Positions 11,196 through 24,779 of a DNA stretch of 64,000 nucleotides are shown piece after piece. The stretch is taken from the NCBI RefSeq assembly GCF_006345805.1, contig NC_042997.1, forward strand, positions 122,636,001 to 122,700,000, given 5' to 3'. The notes below the pieces were generated by a model. It made no database searches. It was not told the DNA's origin and saw only the letters and a list, made by a program, of their open reading frames with translations. Position 1 is the stretch's first letter. Each line of letters starts with the position of its first letter. The position numbers were made by a program, and so were the translations under genes. This stretch comes from Octopus sinensis. Lineage: Eukaryota.

Positions 11196-11506
11196 TATGC
11201 CTGTGGATGTCTCTGCATGTTTGTAACTGTGTGCGTACGCGTGTGTGTGTGTGTATTTGTGTGAGTGCGTGCGTGGTATGTAGCATTATAATTTGTAAAA
11301 TTTGGGGCTATTTTAGCTGCAAGTTTTATGACATCGCAATTTGAATTTCAGAAAGGTTGCAATTTAAAGTGATATATGAATGAATCTTGAATAAAACAGT
11401 GTTTGGTTGGCAAAGAAAATGAATTTACAAGAATTTATGAGCAACGTGATACAAAAACAACACACGCTATCACATACAAACATAGAGGGTCTATCTCAGG
11501 CTCTCA

Positions 11507-11547
<41 letters not shown>

Positions 11548-11769
11548 ACAAACATTAATTAATATCAATAGAAATTTTTGCAAATAATAAAGATTTTTAA
11601 CATAGACACATGAGAACAAATACTGGAAAAAAGTTCTGTAGTTTTAATTTAAAGCAATTCCGAATTTATGGGCCCGCACAGACCAAAATTTAATGTCATG
11701 TGTTCTGAACTTAGAAAATACAAACAAAAACGGAATTTAAAATTAAATGTATCTATTTTGATAATATCA

Positions 11770-12220
11770 GTTTCAAAAGTTAGAATAGAGATAACGGTTT
11801 TTGAGGGGAGGGGAATGGTGATTACATAGACTCCAGTACTTGATTTGTAATTCTTTTATCGACTACAAACCTATGAAAGATCATAAAGTCGACCTCGGCA
11901 AAATTTGAGCTTAGAAAGTAAATACAGACGAAATAACAATTTGTTTACTACCCACAAAGGGCTAAACACAGAGAGGACAAACGATGACAGACAAACGGAT
12001 TAAGTCGAGTATATCGATCCCCAGTTCGTAACTGGTACTTATTTAATCGACCCCGAAAGGATGAAAGGCAAAGGATGAATTTGAACTCAAAACGTAACAA
12101 CAGACGAAATACTGTCATGCATTTCGCCCGGCGTGCTAACGCTTCTTATAGCTCGCCGACTTAATACAGACGAAATAACATTAAGCATTTTGTCAGGTAC
12201 GCTACCGATTCTACTAGCCC
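11770..12220 (-). mobile_element. Family B SINE (11939-12162) nested inside an older family B SINE
   Basis: 18-bp TSD AATACAGACGAAATAACA at 11921-11938 and 12163-12180. Confidence 0.85.
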
Positions 12221-12818
12221 ATTGCCTTTTTTATATATCATATATATTCCTGGAAATATTAAATTTGTTTAACAATAGCCTGCTGTATGTATTAATTACT
12301 GATCAAATTCTAAAATATTACACATATAATTAAAACATGATTTTTACTGGTGCCCATCGGTTCTCTATTAAAGTATTACAGTGAGAGTTAAACGAAATCC
12401 ATAACCGATAATTATGTATTTATGCAGCATTTCTAAACTGTACAACGTGTACAAAGCCAATATCCACCATGATATCAAATTTTCATAATATTGCTTTCGA
12501 GGTGAAATTGAAATCTATAATTCTCAGAAAAGCTTGGAGCAGAATAATATATGTTCCTCGCATGTGCCTCAGTTTACAGGTTTTAGTTAACGTAGCAATA
12601 ATATTAGTGACAACAGACTTATTGTCAAAATATTAAATGATGTTAAAGTTATACGCAACAGAAATACCTAAATAAAAACGGAATTCAAAATAAAGAGAAG
12701 AGATGCATCGAAACCGGTAATAATTTCTTTATATAATATTTGTTCAATCAAATTTCCTCTTAAATTATAAGGTCTTACACTTATTTCTGTGCTATTTCCC
12801 CCTACATCCTTGATATAT

Positions 12819-12890
<72 letters not shown>

Positions 12891-12891
12891 C

Positions 12892-12936
<45 letters not shown>

Positions 12937-12965
12937 CATATATATATATGTATACATATATATAT

Positions 12966-13830
12966 AATCCACCAGTTATCCTTAGCAACTTAGTCAGCAA
13001 TGTAGGTAGAAGAATATCTTCAATTTCTTCGGACGAGGCAGCATTCCATAATGCTGCACCTTATTACGATAGCGCATTAAAGAATAGTGGATTCTCGGAG
13101 AAGATCCAGTTCAACCAGCTTAATGCTAATATAATGCTGCACGAAGAACTAGGACCAGGAAAGTTTTGTGGTTCAACCCGCTTTCAATTTGGCCGTAAAG
13201 ACTAATATAGTTAAGGAATTTTTGAGATTAGTCCTCTAAGCATTTAAGCAGAGTCATAAATTCTACAGAATATTTAATAGAAGAACCCTGAAGGTTAGCT
13301 ATTCTTGTTGCAGAAATTTCGCCTCTTACATTAGCCAACATAAAGGAAGCTAATTGAGATTAGACATGGTGCCGAGCCATTAAGAAATGTAATTGCAAAA
13401 ACGAAAGCTCCTGTCCGTTAGAAGGGAAATGTCTAGTGAAAGGAGTAGTTTATAGAGCCAAGGTGCAAGTGGAAGGCTCATCGAATACAAGACATACACA
13501 GGGGCTTCAGAAAATTCATTTAAAACAAGATTTTATTCTCATAAGAATTCTTTTAAATACCCAGAGATAGGAAGAAAACCACCTAGCAAAATATGTCTGG
13601 GAACTAAAAGAAAAGGAAGCCCCACCTTTCAACGTGACATGGAGCATTCTGGACAGGGCGGCACCATACAGGCATGGAGCTTACAAATATAATTTCAAGT
13701 GCAAGCTTTGCTTATTAGAAAAAATGCACATATTATTCAAGACAATAATTCTTTGAATCAAAGAAGTGAGTTAATGAACTTATGTAGGCACGCGGCTAAA
13801 TTTAAAATGTCGAATATAAATACCATATGG
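12966..13830 (+). mobile_element. 5'-truncated, frameshifted Penelope-like element (RT thumb, linker, GIY-YIG endonuclease)
   Basis: Across frames: [87 protein letters not shown]. Confidence 0.9.
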
Positions 13831-14848
13831 ATAGAGTATATTTTTGTATTTTGATTTTTGATTTTTGATTTTGACTCTTAAGCGCTACGACGGATCTATG
13901 CAAAGTCTTATTGTTTCTACATATATTAGGAAAAACCTACAACTTTTTTTTTCATGTTATTGTATTGCATAGGATTACCTTGATTATTTATATTACCTGA
14001 TTATTTATAAATGACCCAAAATAGGATGTTATATTTTATTTTATATGTCTTTCGTATATATTTTTATTAATGCACCCATTTTTAAAAGCAATGTTTTTTT
14101 TTTTTTTTTTTTTGTTTTTTTTAAAAAAAAAAAAAAAAGCAATGTTGTCAAATTTAGAATGTTTATATAAGTGTTGTGTAAAGCAAAGCATATGTATTTG
14201 TAAGCATGCGTATCTGTGTATGTGTAAGTGAAAGTATGCTTGTGCTTAAGCACGCATACACACGACGTATGTATATTTATCAATTCAACTTGTGTATGTA
14301 TACTGGCCTCTATATGCCAATAACATCGCTACAAGTTCCCCCCACCCCACCCCTCTTCGTTCCTTTTTCTCTCTTTCCCTTTCTTTTGTTCCCCCTCCTT
14401 GCTCAGTATATGAGAATTGCTACATAGATGAATTTTAGCTTGCGTGCGAGACGGTTTGCGTGAATATATGTACGCATGCTTTTATGTGTATAATTTAGAT
14501 TCATATTCATACGTCTGTATATGTATTGTATGCGTTTACGCGCATCCTTTTGTGTATGTTGATATATATATGTTGATTTTAATATAAATATGTATTGCAG
14601 TAATTTATAACGGTTTAATTTCTATGCATTAATTTGTACTGTCTTCAATAACGGCAATAGGTTTTTTCCTCGGATTTTATAATTTTTATAAGTTTTTATA
14701 TATATATACATATATTTTGACCTTTTGTTTATCGCTCGAAGATTGACCGTTTTTTTCTAAAGGGCCAATCAAACAAGTCCATTTCTTTTTAAAGGTGGTA
14801 GCGTTGTAAGAGTATATATTGAATTAATATATATTGTTCCATTCTAGC

Positions 14849-14896
14849 AAAAACTGTCTGATGAACGGCAACGAGAAACTCAGAGTAACAGATTTT
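14849..14896 (+). ncRNA. Type I hammerhead ribozyme in the repeat downstream of the PLE
   Basis: AAAACTGT-CTGATGA-A-CG-GCAA-CG-A-GAAAC-TC-A-GA-GTA-ACAG-A-TTTT. Confidence 0.7.
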
Positions 14897-14926
14897 GTTG
14901 AATTTTCTGCTGCTTAAAATAAGGTA

Positions 14927-14968
<42 letters not shown>

Positions 14969-14978
14969 CATATACATT

Positions 14979-15042
<64 letters not shown>

Positions 15043-15149
15043 ATATATACATATACATATATATACATATACATATACATATATATATATACATATATAT
15101 ATATATACGTATATATATACATACATATATATATATAACATATATATAT

Positions 15150-15227
<78 letters not shown>

Positions 15228-15252
15228 TATCATATATATATATATATATATA
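14927..15252. repeat. Long (TA)n/(TACA)n microsatellite
   Basis: Direct reading. Confidence 0.95.
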
Positions 15253-17390
15253 AATCCTTAAATCCTTAAAAATGTTTTAGCCCGAAGGCCGCGGCCATGC
15301 TGGGGCACCACCGCTGAATGAGCTACACTAGTTTGTGAATCCACCTCTGATACGTGGCACTTGATCAACAAGGGAGTTCGATGCTGCTGCCGCATCCGTG
15401 TCTCCTGTCGTGAGGTAGGTTCATCTGGGACTCCCAACAAGAAGAGATCCAGTTTAGTTTTAAAGAAACCCCCCATCCACACCATGTAAGTCTCTCAGGC
15501 ATTTAGGGAGGATGTTGAAAAGCTGTGGTCCTCTGAAACCCAAGCTGTTTGCAGTATCTGGACCTGTATTTTGATGGTGATGTTGGATCCTTGCACCACG
15601 CAGCGGCGCGCCGTTCTGCGGTTGGAGTAACTTTGATGCCAAAGTTGGGGACAGACCCTCCAGGATTTTCCGATGTATATCACTGCATATCTCTCCCGCC
15701 TCCGCTCCAGGAGAAGAGGTTTAATACCTTCAGTCTTTCCCAGTAGCTGACATTTTGCATTGAGACGATTTCTTTTTGTAGCTTCTCTGAGTTGCTTCGA
15801 GTTCTGCTGTTTGTTTTATATTGTGTGGTGACCAAAGTTGGGAGCAGTAGTCCAAGCGGCTGAGGACAAATGTTTTCCATAGGACCATCAGTGTCTCCTT
15901 CTCTCTTGTTCTGAAAGTTCGGAGAATCCATCCAGCTAGCCGTCTGCATTTTATCACCAGATTAGCAATATGCATTTGGAAAGATGCATCATGCTCATGA
16001 CAATGCCCAGGTCACGCACTGATTTTGACTCAGGGATTGCAATTCTTCCTGGGCCAGTGTATCCAGTCTTCACGTCATTTACCTTTGTGTGCCAGTAGCG
16101 CAGGGCCTGGAACTTACCTGCATTAAACTGCATGTTGTTGTCCTCAGCCCACCTGTATATTGTGTCCAGCTCATGTTGCAGATGCGCAATATTTTCAGGG
16201 TTTTGTATTGCGTGGGAGACTTTTGTGTCATCTTCATAGCTAGCAAGGGTGGTCATCGTAGCAACTGAAGGCATGTCTGAAAGGGCCACTATGAACATCA
16301 GTTGCCCCAAGACAGTGCCCTGTGGGACACCGCTTGTTATTTGCGTTTCCCTGGAGGTGGCTCCATTGCTCACAACTGCCTGTTTTCTGTCTTTTAGGAA
16401 GTTGTGCAGCCACTCTCCAAGTTTCCCGCCTATGCCGAGACCACGCAGTTTATGACAGATCATACCATGGTCGACTTTATCAAAGGCTTTTGCAAAGTCA
16501 AGATATATTACATCCACATTTGAGCCATTTAGTAGCTGTTTCAACACCCAGTCATAGTGTTGCAGGAGCTGTGTTAAGCAGCCTCTACCTGGTCGAAATC
16601 CATGCTGGGTGTCAGACAGTAAGTCATTTTCTTCAAGGAACATGATTAGTTTCTTACGGACTATTCGTTCCATGACTTTGCTGATGTGTGAGGTCAGAGA
16701 GATAGGCAAATAATTTTTAGCATCTGCTCTGCTACCTCCCTTATGGATAGGGCATATTACCCCCTCTTTCAGTTTGACTGGGAGCTTACCACTTGCAAGA
16801 AAGCTCTGAAAAAGAAGCTGTAGCGGTTTTGCAAGGGCTCGTTTGCACGATTTGAGAAGGATCGCTGGGAATCCATCAGGTCCAGCAGCTGAGTTTGTGT
16901 CAATCTCATCAATGGCTAGTGTGATATCATCTTCTTCGATGTTGATGTACTCAATTTTTGTCTCTTTGGCCGCTGGTAAAGTGGCAAAGAATTCTTCTGG
17001 GTTGTTTACTTGCCTGTGTCGTAGAGGTGTAGTGAACACACTTTGGAACTGTTCGTTCAGTATTTCACTTATCCTCGTGGGATTTCCTGTGAGAGAGCCA
17101 TCTTTTTGGAAGAGAGGTCCTATTCTCTAGTGCACTGTGGCTGTCTCTTTGGCAAACTTAAAGAAAGCTTTAGGGTTTGATTTTATATTTTCTATTACCC
17201 AAGCTTCTTTATCTGCTCTCTCCTTTTCATGGGACTGATGTAGACTTTTCTCAGTTTCCATTAGCATTCTTTCGAGCCGAGACTTTTGGTGTGCTTGCTC
17301 AGGCGGTTTGCAATCCTTGTCCGTCGTCTCATAAGAATCCTCCTTTCTCTAGGGATCCTGTTTTTGTTCTTGTGTGTGCTGGCCCTGCAC
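15253..17390 (-). mobile_element. 5'-truncated CR1-type LINE, best-preserved copy
   Basis: Long RT ORF plus C-terminal SLGFRGPQLFNILPKCLRDLHG / FKTKLDLFLLGVPDEP; tail (TAAGGATT)2 then (TA)n. Confidence 0.95.
15954..17039 (-). pseudogene. Reverse transcriptase ORF fragment (361 aa) of CR1-type LINE
   Basis: AAGPDGFP, PIHKGGSRADAKNYLPISLTSHISKVME, QHGFRPGR, IYLDFAKAFDKVDH, SGVPQGTVLG, SYEDDTK, LGI. Confidence 0.95.
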
Positions 17391-17477
<87 letters not shown>

Positions 17478-17478
<1 letters not shown>

Positions 17479-17600
17479 CGCTCAAGAATAGAAAAAAGTA
17501 TTTAACGATTCCAGCCTACGCTTTTCTACAGAAAGGGACACAGAAAAACAAGGAGAGAAAAAATGTTTGTAGTGGCTAACGATCTATCATGGTGACTGCT
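17478..17600 (-). mobile_element. Decayed family A hammerhead mini-element
   Basis: Minus strand CCCTTTCTGTAGAAAAGCGTAGGCTGGAATCGTTAAATAC. Confidence 0.7.
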
Positions 17601-17768
17601 ATATATATATATATATATACACACACACATACACACATACACACATACGCACACACACACATACGCACACACACACACACATAAATATATATATATATAT
17701 AATATATATATATATATATGTTTGTATATATTTACATATATATGTATGTATGCATATATATATATATA

Positions 17769-17824
<56 letters not shown>

Positions 17825-17825
<1 letters not shown>

Positions 17826-19080
17826 TAGGTTGTCAAGAAAGTTCTTGCGGGTTTTCACTTTTAAATTCAGATGCACATATCTCGGCTCAATCAAAACTAT
17901 ATTAATCGAAATAAACATCATCAGAATCGACTCCCTTTTGCCAACACGAATCAAGTTTATTTATGCCAGTAGCGTAAAAATCCTGCATTCTGGTGGCGAT
18001 GAATTTGTTGAAAGCGTGTTTGACATCGTCTTGGTGTTTTGTATTTCTCACGCAGGAAGTTGTCGAGATTCTTGAAAAAAGTGGTAGTCGGTAGGCGAGA
18101 AGTCTGGTGAGTATGCCGGATGAGATAGAGTTTCGTAGCCCAATTCTTTCAACTTTTGCAGAGTCTGTTGTGCGAAGTACGGCCGAGCGTTGTCGTGGAA
18201 AAGAATTGGGCCTTTTCTATTGACCAATGCTAGCTGTTGTTGTCTGTGTTTCTTATGCATTTCATCCACTTGCTGACAGTACTTCACCGTAATGGTTTTG
18301 CCTGGATCCAAAAATCTGTGCTGGATGAGAGCGGCCGCAGACAAGCATACATTCACCATGACCTCCTTTTGCTGCAACTTTGGCTTCGGAAAGTGCTGTG
18401 GAGCTTCGTCGTGGTCCAACCACTGAGCTGAGAGACACCGGTTGTCATAAACAATCTTTTCATCGCAAGTCACAATCCGGTCGAGAAACGTTGCGTAAAA
18501 GAAGGGAAGACGACATTTCAAAATAGAGTTTTTGTTTTCTCTTTTTGTTATCGTTCAATTCGTGTTGGCACCCATTTCTCAAGGATTTTTGTCTTTCCAA
18601 TCTCTTTCAAGTGGTTGGAAATTGTCGTATGCGTAAGCACTGGAACAGTTGTGTGTGGACCGGCTTCGACTAAGGCTCTTAGTTGATCGTTGTCAAGATC
18701 CGTTGGCCAACCACTACGCTTTTCGTCTTCAAGTCTCTCGTCACCGCTACGAAATTTCTTGAACCACCATCGTACTGTACGTTCATTAGTGGTTCCTGGG
18801 CCAAAAGCATTGTTGATATCGCGAGCTGTTTCAATAGTTTTCGGTCTAGCTTGAACTGGAATAAGAAAAGTGTGCGAATATGCTTTTTTTCCATGTTATA
18901 TTCAACGGTCCGAAAACAATGGTCTAATTATTAAAAAAGAAAATGAGCAACACGATTAGATAGAACGAACAACGTGCTTTAAAAATGATATATAAAGTCA
19001 AAGTAATTTCACGAAAATTAATTCGAAAATACATCCTTTTAAACCAAAATTTTAAATTCCGCAAGAACGTTCTTGACAAC

Positions 19081-19084
<4 letters not shown>
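17825..19084 (-). mobile_element. Full-length degenerate mariner (DD34D, Hsmar1/SETMAR-like) transposon
   Basis: 26-bp TIRs (24/26 match) flanked by TA; MEKKHIRTLFLFQFKL..; DRIVTCDEK, HDNARP, HPAYSPDFSPTDYHFF; frameshifted. Confidence 0.95.
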
Positions 19085-19118
<34 letters not shown>

Positions 19119-21779
19119 ATAGTTTGCATACATATATATTTGTACTTGTTCACCTTGCACACAGGCACGTACGCTTACTTACAAACATACACCCACGCAC
19201 AACCACGCACACACACGCACACACACGCACACACACACACACACGCACGAAGGCTTCCATATAAAAGTAACAGAGGTAATAGTTTATTGTATTATTTCAC
19301 ATCCTTTACTATGCTACAAATACAGCTGAGAGGCGTGAAATTGAATGCAGCAACTATACGTAGGCTTTCAATATGTATACATACGCTGTCGCACAAAAAG
19401 TCACAGAAATTGGTTTATCTCCATGAGATAAATAGGCACACTTTAGAAGAAGGAAAGAGGAAGACTCACGATTTAAACTAAAGTATTCATACAGGATGTA
19501 ACTATCAAGACTCCTTGTGCTTCTTTAGGAATTTTGAAATCATCAGATTGTGAGTGAAATTATGGAATTCAGGATTATGTGTGTGTGTGTTTTTGTGTGT
19601 GTTTGTGTTTATGTGTGTGTTTGATAGAAAGGGAGACAGACAGACAGATAGACAGACAGACAGATAGACAGACAGAGACAGTGGCTGAGAGAGAAAGACA
19701 AAGACAGAGGCCGAGAGAGACAGACAGAGACAGAGGCAGAGAGAGCGTGTGTATGTGTGTGGATATGTGTGTTATTGAATGGGGTTTAGTTGGTGAATAG
19801 ACTGAATACCATATCGATACTGGTCAGCTTAAACTACTATAAAGTGGGTGTGTGAGAGCAAGAGGAATATTATTAAAATAGTCAGTGTCCAGGTATACAA
19901 AAAGAGATAGAAATGATGGAAAAGAAAATACATAATACTGGGCGAACATGTCAAATAACATTGCAATGAGACAGTAGAATGTGGTAAAGTTGACGATGTG
20001 AGGAGAGTAAGGTGAACCGTCAGAGTTTACAATAAATATTTGTGTAAAAACATGCCGCTCTACATAATGTACACTTAAATAAATGCACCTCTCCAGAGAA
20101 AACATTCTGTGCGCTATTTCAAATGAATCTTTAAGCCATTAATGTAGGTGATCATTCTGAAAGAGTGATGTGGATGTCTGTAGATGTTTACTACAAACAA
20201 GTGAAAAAGAAAGGAACACTACATTGAATTACTTAGGTAAGTATTTCTTACAGAATTTCATCAAATAGTGGAAAAACTGAATCATAAATTACCAAAAGCA
20301 AAATCGTCAGAATTACGTGGAAATACAATGAACGAAATAGCGAAAAATTATATAAATCTGATGCCAAATTAAACCGGGATTTCATTGATAAGTTGATAGC
20401 TCAATTCGACTCTACTACAAATCTAGAAGTTTTGGACTGCTGGTTCTAGCACTGATTTCCTCTTGTACTGACTGTGTATTTTTGTGTACACAACTGGTAC
20501 GGAAATGATCCGATGAGTCATGAAACACGATTGTAGTGTCAAAATAAAAATATCACACATCTAGGAATTTATTGTTATTAACGCAGTATTTACTCAGAGT
20601 TTGTTCCTTGCTCTGAGAATACAGATTGTCTTCCCATATAAGAACGCATAATACGAAATGTAACAGCAAACATTAAGCAGAATGATTTAAAAAACCTTCC
20701 GGTACCTTATACACACGACTTGAACTTCATTTCTAAGACGTTTGAGTTCTTGATAAATGTATGCACAATCAATATAGACGTTCGTAATTCCAGTGAATGG
20801 TCAAGTAGACAATAGCAGCTGCGTACAGAATTTGGTCATTGCTGGGGGTCCGGAGGCAATGTTGTGATATGTGTTTTACCCACCCTTCTTAGTTGCGATC
20901 CAAGCATAGGTGTCATAATGATTTTGATTACAAATCTGATAATAACTGTCCTGACATTTCACTATTGAGCAAGTTACAAAATAATACTGTAACACTTGAC
21001 CGAATCTTAAATGGAGCGAGGATTAAGTCGGTATAATTTCATTTTGCTATGTTGATGCGTTTCAGTTAGTCGTAATAAATGTTGTATTACAATTCTTCTC
21101 ATGCATAAAACCAATAAAAACCTCTGTAAAGGAAAAACAGAAACACGATGGACACAATAAGTGAAGCTAAGCTTTTCAGTTTGGATTAAAAAAAGATAGG
21201 ATAGAAAGAACAGGTTGAAATACAGTGGAATGCAAACGGAAAGTAAAGGTTATAATATATATTTTAGGTCAAAAGTCGTAAGCATTCTGAGCTTATATTG
21301 TTTTCGAAGTTAAATATTTAATTAGCACCGAAAATAAATATGGAAAATACATCTTAATTTTTTGTCACCTGTAATTCCAGGTTTGTAAACAATTCGAGAA
21401 TTTTCAAGTCTTCAAGAATATAGAAAATAATATAATTATTTTGATGTTTTCAAGGGTACACAAGTTACATGCATTTGCAGCATTTGTACATATTTGCTTT
21501 ATCGGTTGTTTTTTGTTCTATATCTCTATTCTTGAATTGTCAGATGTATTTTAAAAATAAAGTGAAAATTCTTATCTTTCTGTGTCTGCAAAAATGAAAG
21601 TTATGGCTGAATAAAATCTTGAATCACTATTCGTAATGTTTCAGATATACTTTAAAGGTTCCGTTCTTGTTCAAAACATCTGCTCTCACTTGAAGAGTTT
21701 GTTTTAAACGGGATATTATAGTGTGGTGCAGTAATGGTTTGCAGGTGGATGACTGCAAATTATATTGAAGTCTCATATT

Positions 21780-22710
21780 CCCTGTAGATCGCTGTTACAT
21801 GTTTAATATTATCCCTCTCAAACACTGTACACTCTTAGTATAAATTCAACCTAATCATACGTTTGATAAAAACCAATCCTTGTTATAAGACATTTCCTTT
21901 ATGATATGTATTATATTTACGTCCTTATATGAAATTACGTAAATGATTTGGTATCTCTGAATTCATATTTTATATAATTTATCTGAATACATTATAAGCA
22001 CAAAAGAAAGCACCAGACAGCATCTGTAGATTAACGCCATGCAACTCAGAAGTGAGCATTGTTGACTCAGCAGTTTCCTTGTCGTAGATGTGTTATATTT
22101 TGTCTCTTTATTTCACGCTTTCCTTCAATTATCTAGCCAATTACTGGAGAATTACTACGGCAATGATATTTTCTATTCATTACTTCTTTTTTCCCCAAAT
22201 ATTTTCTTTATAGATTTGAAGAACGAAAGAAATGTCTCCTGTTGAATCATTAGAAAGTAACACCTTCTATTATGCGAATTTTAAACGAAAATGGTACCGG
22301 CTATTGTGAAGAAAACTATCAGAAGCGAATGCAGCTAACTTGCTTCTGAGGCAATAAGAGGAAACTTTTCATTATTTGCTTTCTGATCAGTTCTTAGTCT
22401 TTGTATAATCTTCCATTTCAAGTGTAAAATATGGTATTCATTCAGCCTTCCCTACACGGATTTAATATTGTTGTTAGTATTCCACTTTTTTTGCCTTATG
22501 CATTATTACGTCGATCGTTACGCTCTTTCTGTACATGAATATATATATATCCGCGCAAGTCTTTGGGCCTGAGTTTGTCTCTCACTACCGCTGATAGCTG
22601 GTTTTTTGTTGTTTACATCCACTAACAATGCGGCGCTGCAAAAAGAGGCCGCAGCATAGTCGCAGACCAACAACTAAAACAATAATAGGTAGAAGATTAG
22701 ATACGTACAC
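21780..22710 (+). repeat. Unclassified ~0.9-kb dispersed repeat, copy 1
   Basis: Inverted homolog at 48235-49140 with collinear blocks such as CGTCGATCGTTACGCTCT and GCGCAAGTCTTTGGGCCTG. Confidence 0.85.
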
Positions 22711-23419
22711 ACACACACACATACACACACACATACATATACATATGACAGGTACAGGGGTACAGGTTCATTTATTTATACATCCATGCATAAATAAATA
22801 TAAATATATATACAGAGAGAGAGAGAGAGTGTGTGTGTGAGTGTGTGTTTGAGCGAGAGAGAGAGAGAGAAAGATGGAGATAGAGAAGATAAATACATAA
22901 ATATATTGGCGTGCATTTGTATGTGCATTTGCATGTGTTTGTGTGTATGTGTGTGTGCGCGGGCGCTTGAATTTTAAAATGAGAAGTGGTTAGTATTGAA
23001 GTTGAATGTAATTATTTACTTATGTTATTCTGATTACCCCGTGTTACACACCACGATATACGTCGTTGGTGAAGTATGAATGCTATACTACAAACCATGA
23101 TATATGCTCGTCAGACACTGTAGATATTGAGGGTCTGTCTAGCAGAGCAAAATAGGTAGTCGTTACTAAACAGGAATTTTTAGTAGAAAAATTACAGTAA
23201 TATAATTTCTATCATTGTAAACGGAAGAAAATTACAATACAGAAATATAAATAAGGAAAACAAATAAAGAAAGATGAGAAAACAACGATAACGAAAAATA
23301 TTCATAGAAAAAATACAAAAAAAGAAATCTAAGTGATAAACCAAGAAATTCTAAACATAGTCAAAGCACATAATAATATACTTACATATGCACATTTACA
23401 CACACAGATATGAGTGTGG

Positions 23420-23464
<45 letters not shown>

Positions 23465-23466
<2 letters not shown>

Positions 23467-23901
23467 CTCCCTCTGATTAATGCTTCGGACTTTACCGAAA
23501 TAAGCATAGAGTTTGATGATTTTAACCCACGCTGGTGGAAAGGGAGAACAGAGATTCTTCGCTTGCTTATTTTGAATTTGTTGACACTGTTAGTTGGGAG
23601 CAGATCTTCGAGAGGGTATGTTCTTATTTTCAGTGTTTCCAAATCCAAACCAAGGAATTTCCGAGCCGATGATAGAAATGTTGTTTTGACTAATCTTGAA
23701 ACGTACGTTCTCGAATAACTTAGCATTTGATTTTTCGATGTCATTACCCCCAAACTTTTGTGAGTTAAATTATGCAAACACTATATATGAGAGAGATTTT
23801 CTTTAAGTATTAGAAATAGCCTTAAAAAAGTTTTTTAGCTGCTATTTCTAATGAGTTCAGTATGCGGCAAAGTAATTTATTTTACTAAGCCCTTTTATAT
23901 A

Positions 23902-23905
<4 letters not shown>
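23465..23905 (+). mobile_element. Single unit of the 543-bp hammerhead repeat family, between (TA)n tracts
   Basis: Inverted homolog of ~25025-25467, roughly 90% identical by eye. Confidence 0.85.
23662..23713 (+). ncRNA. Type I hammerhead motif with U4C change (CCGAUGA)
   Basis: CGAG-CCGATGA-TAGA..TCTT-GAAAC-GTAC-GTT-CTCG. Confidence 0.6.
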
Positions 23906-23982
<77 letters not shown>

Positions 23983-24024
23983 TACATACATACACATAAA
24001 TAAATGCATATATATATAAATAAC

Positions 24025-24113
<89 letters not shown>

Positions 24114-24779
24114 TTTATATGTGTGTGTGAATGAATTCACATTTACCCGCACACATAGCGATTGTTCAATCGATAAATCAAACGTTCTCATATATGTATA
24201 CACCAAAGGTTGATAAACTCTGCATTATTTTGCTTATTTTAAAATTTCACTTATGAATAACTTCGCTTTTCCCAATACATTAATTCTTGATACAAGAGTA
24301 TTTGTCAAAACAACTTGTTATTCACTTTTCTTTTTTCAATTATGTTTTATCTTTCCATTTCATCTGATTTACTTCTTTCCATTATCTTCCGTTATATCAT
24401 TTTGTCGATTTTCAGCTTCTCCAATATTTAATTATTTTATTTCTACTGAAGTCGGTCGTTGCGTTTATGAAGTGTAGATGTTAATATATTTTTCCTGTTG
24501 TTATTGTTTAACCTCAGTTTAATCATTATTGGAGCAGAATTATGAATAAATACATTCTCGTTTACATAGAGTGCCTTTGAATTAAATATATTAGTTATAC
24601 GAATAAATGCCAGGAGTTCATCGACACTATTTCTAAAGACGTTAAGAGACATCGCAACCGATTTTGCTGAAGTTTCTAGTAAGGTGAACAACCAGTTATA
24701 GGATAACTTCCAGTAATTCATTGTTCTTATCGGAAGTAAATATCAAGAATTTTTAATGAAGATACTCTTTGTATTTTAC

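Noticed and set aside
14928-15233. Many ORFs rich in YI/IY, HT, CV or RE repeats across the window
   Set aside because: Translations of (TA)n, (CA)n and (GA)n microsatellites, which lack stops in some frames; not genes
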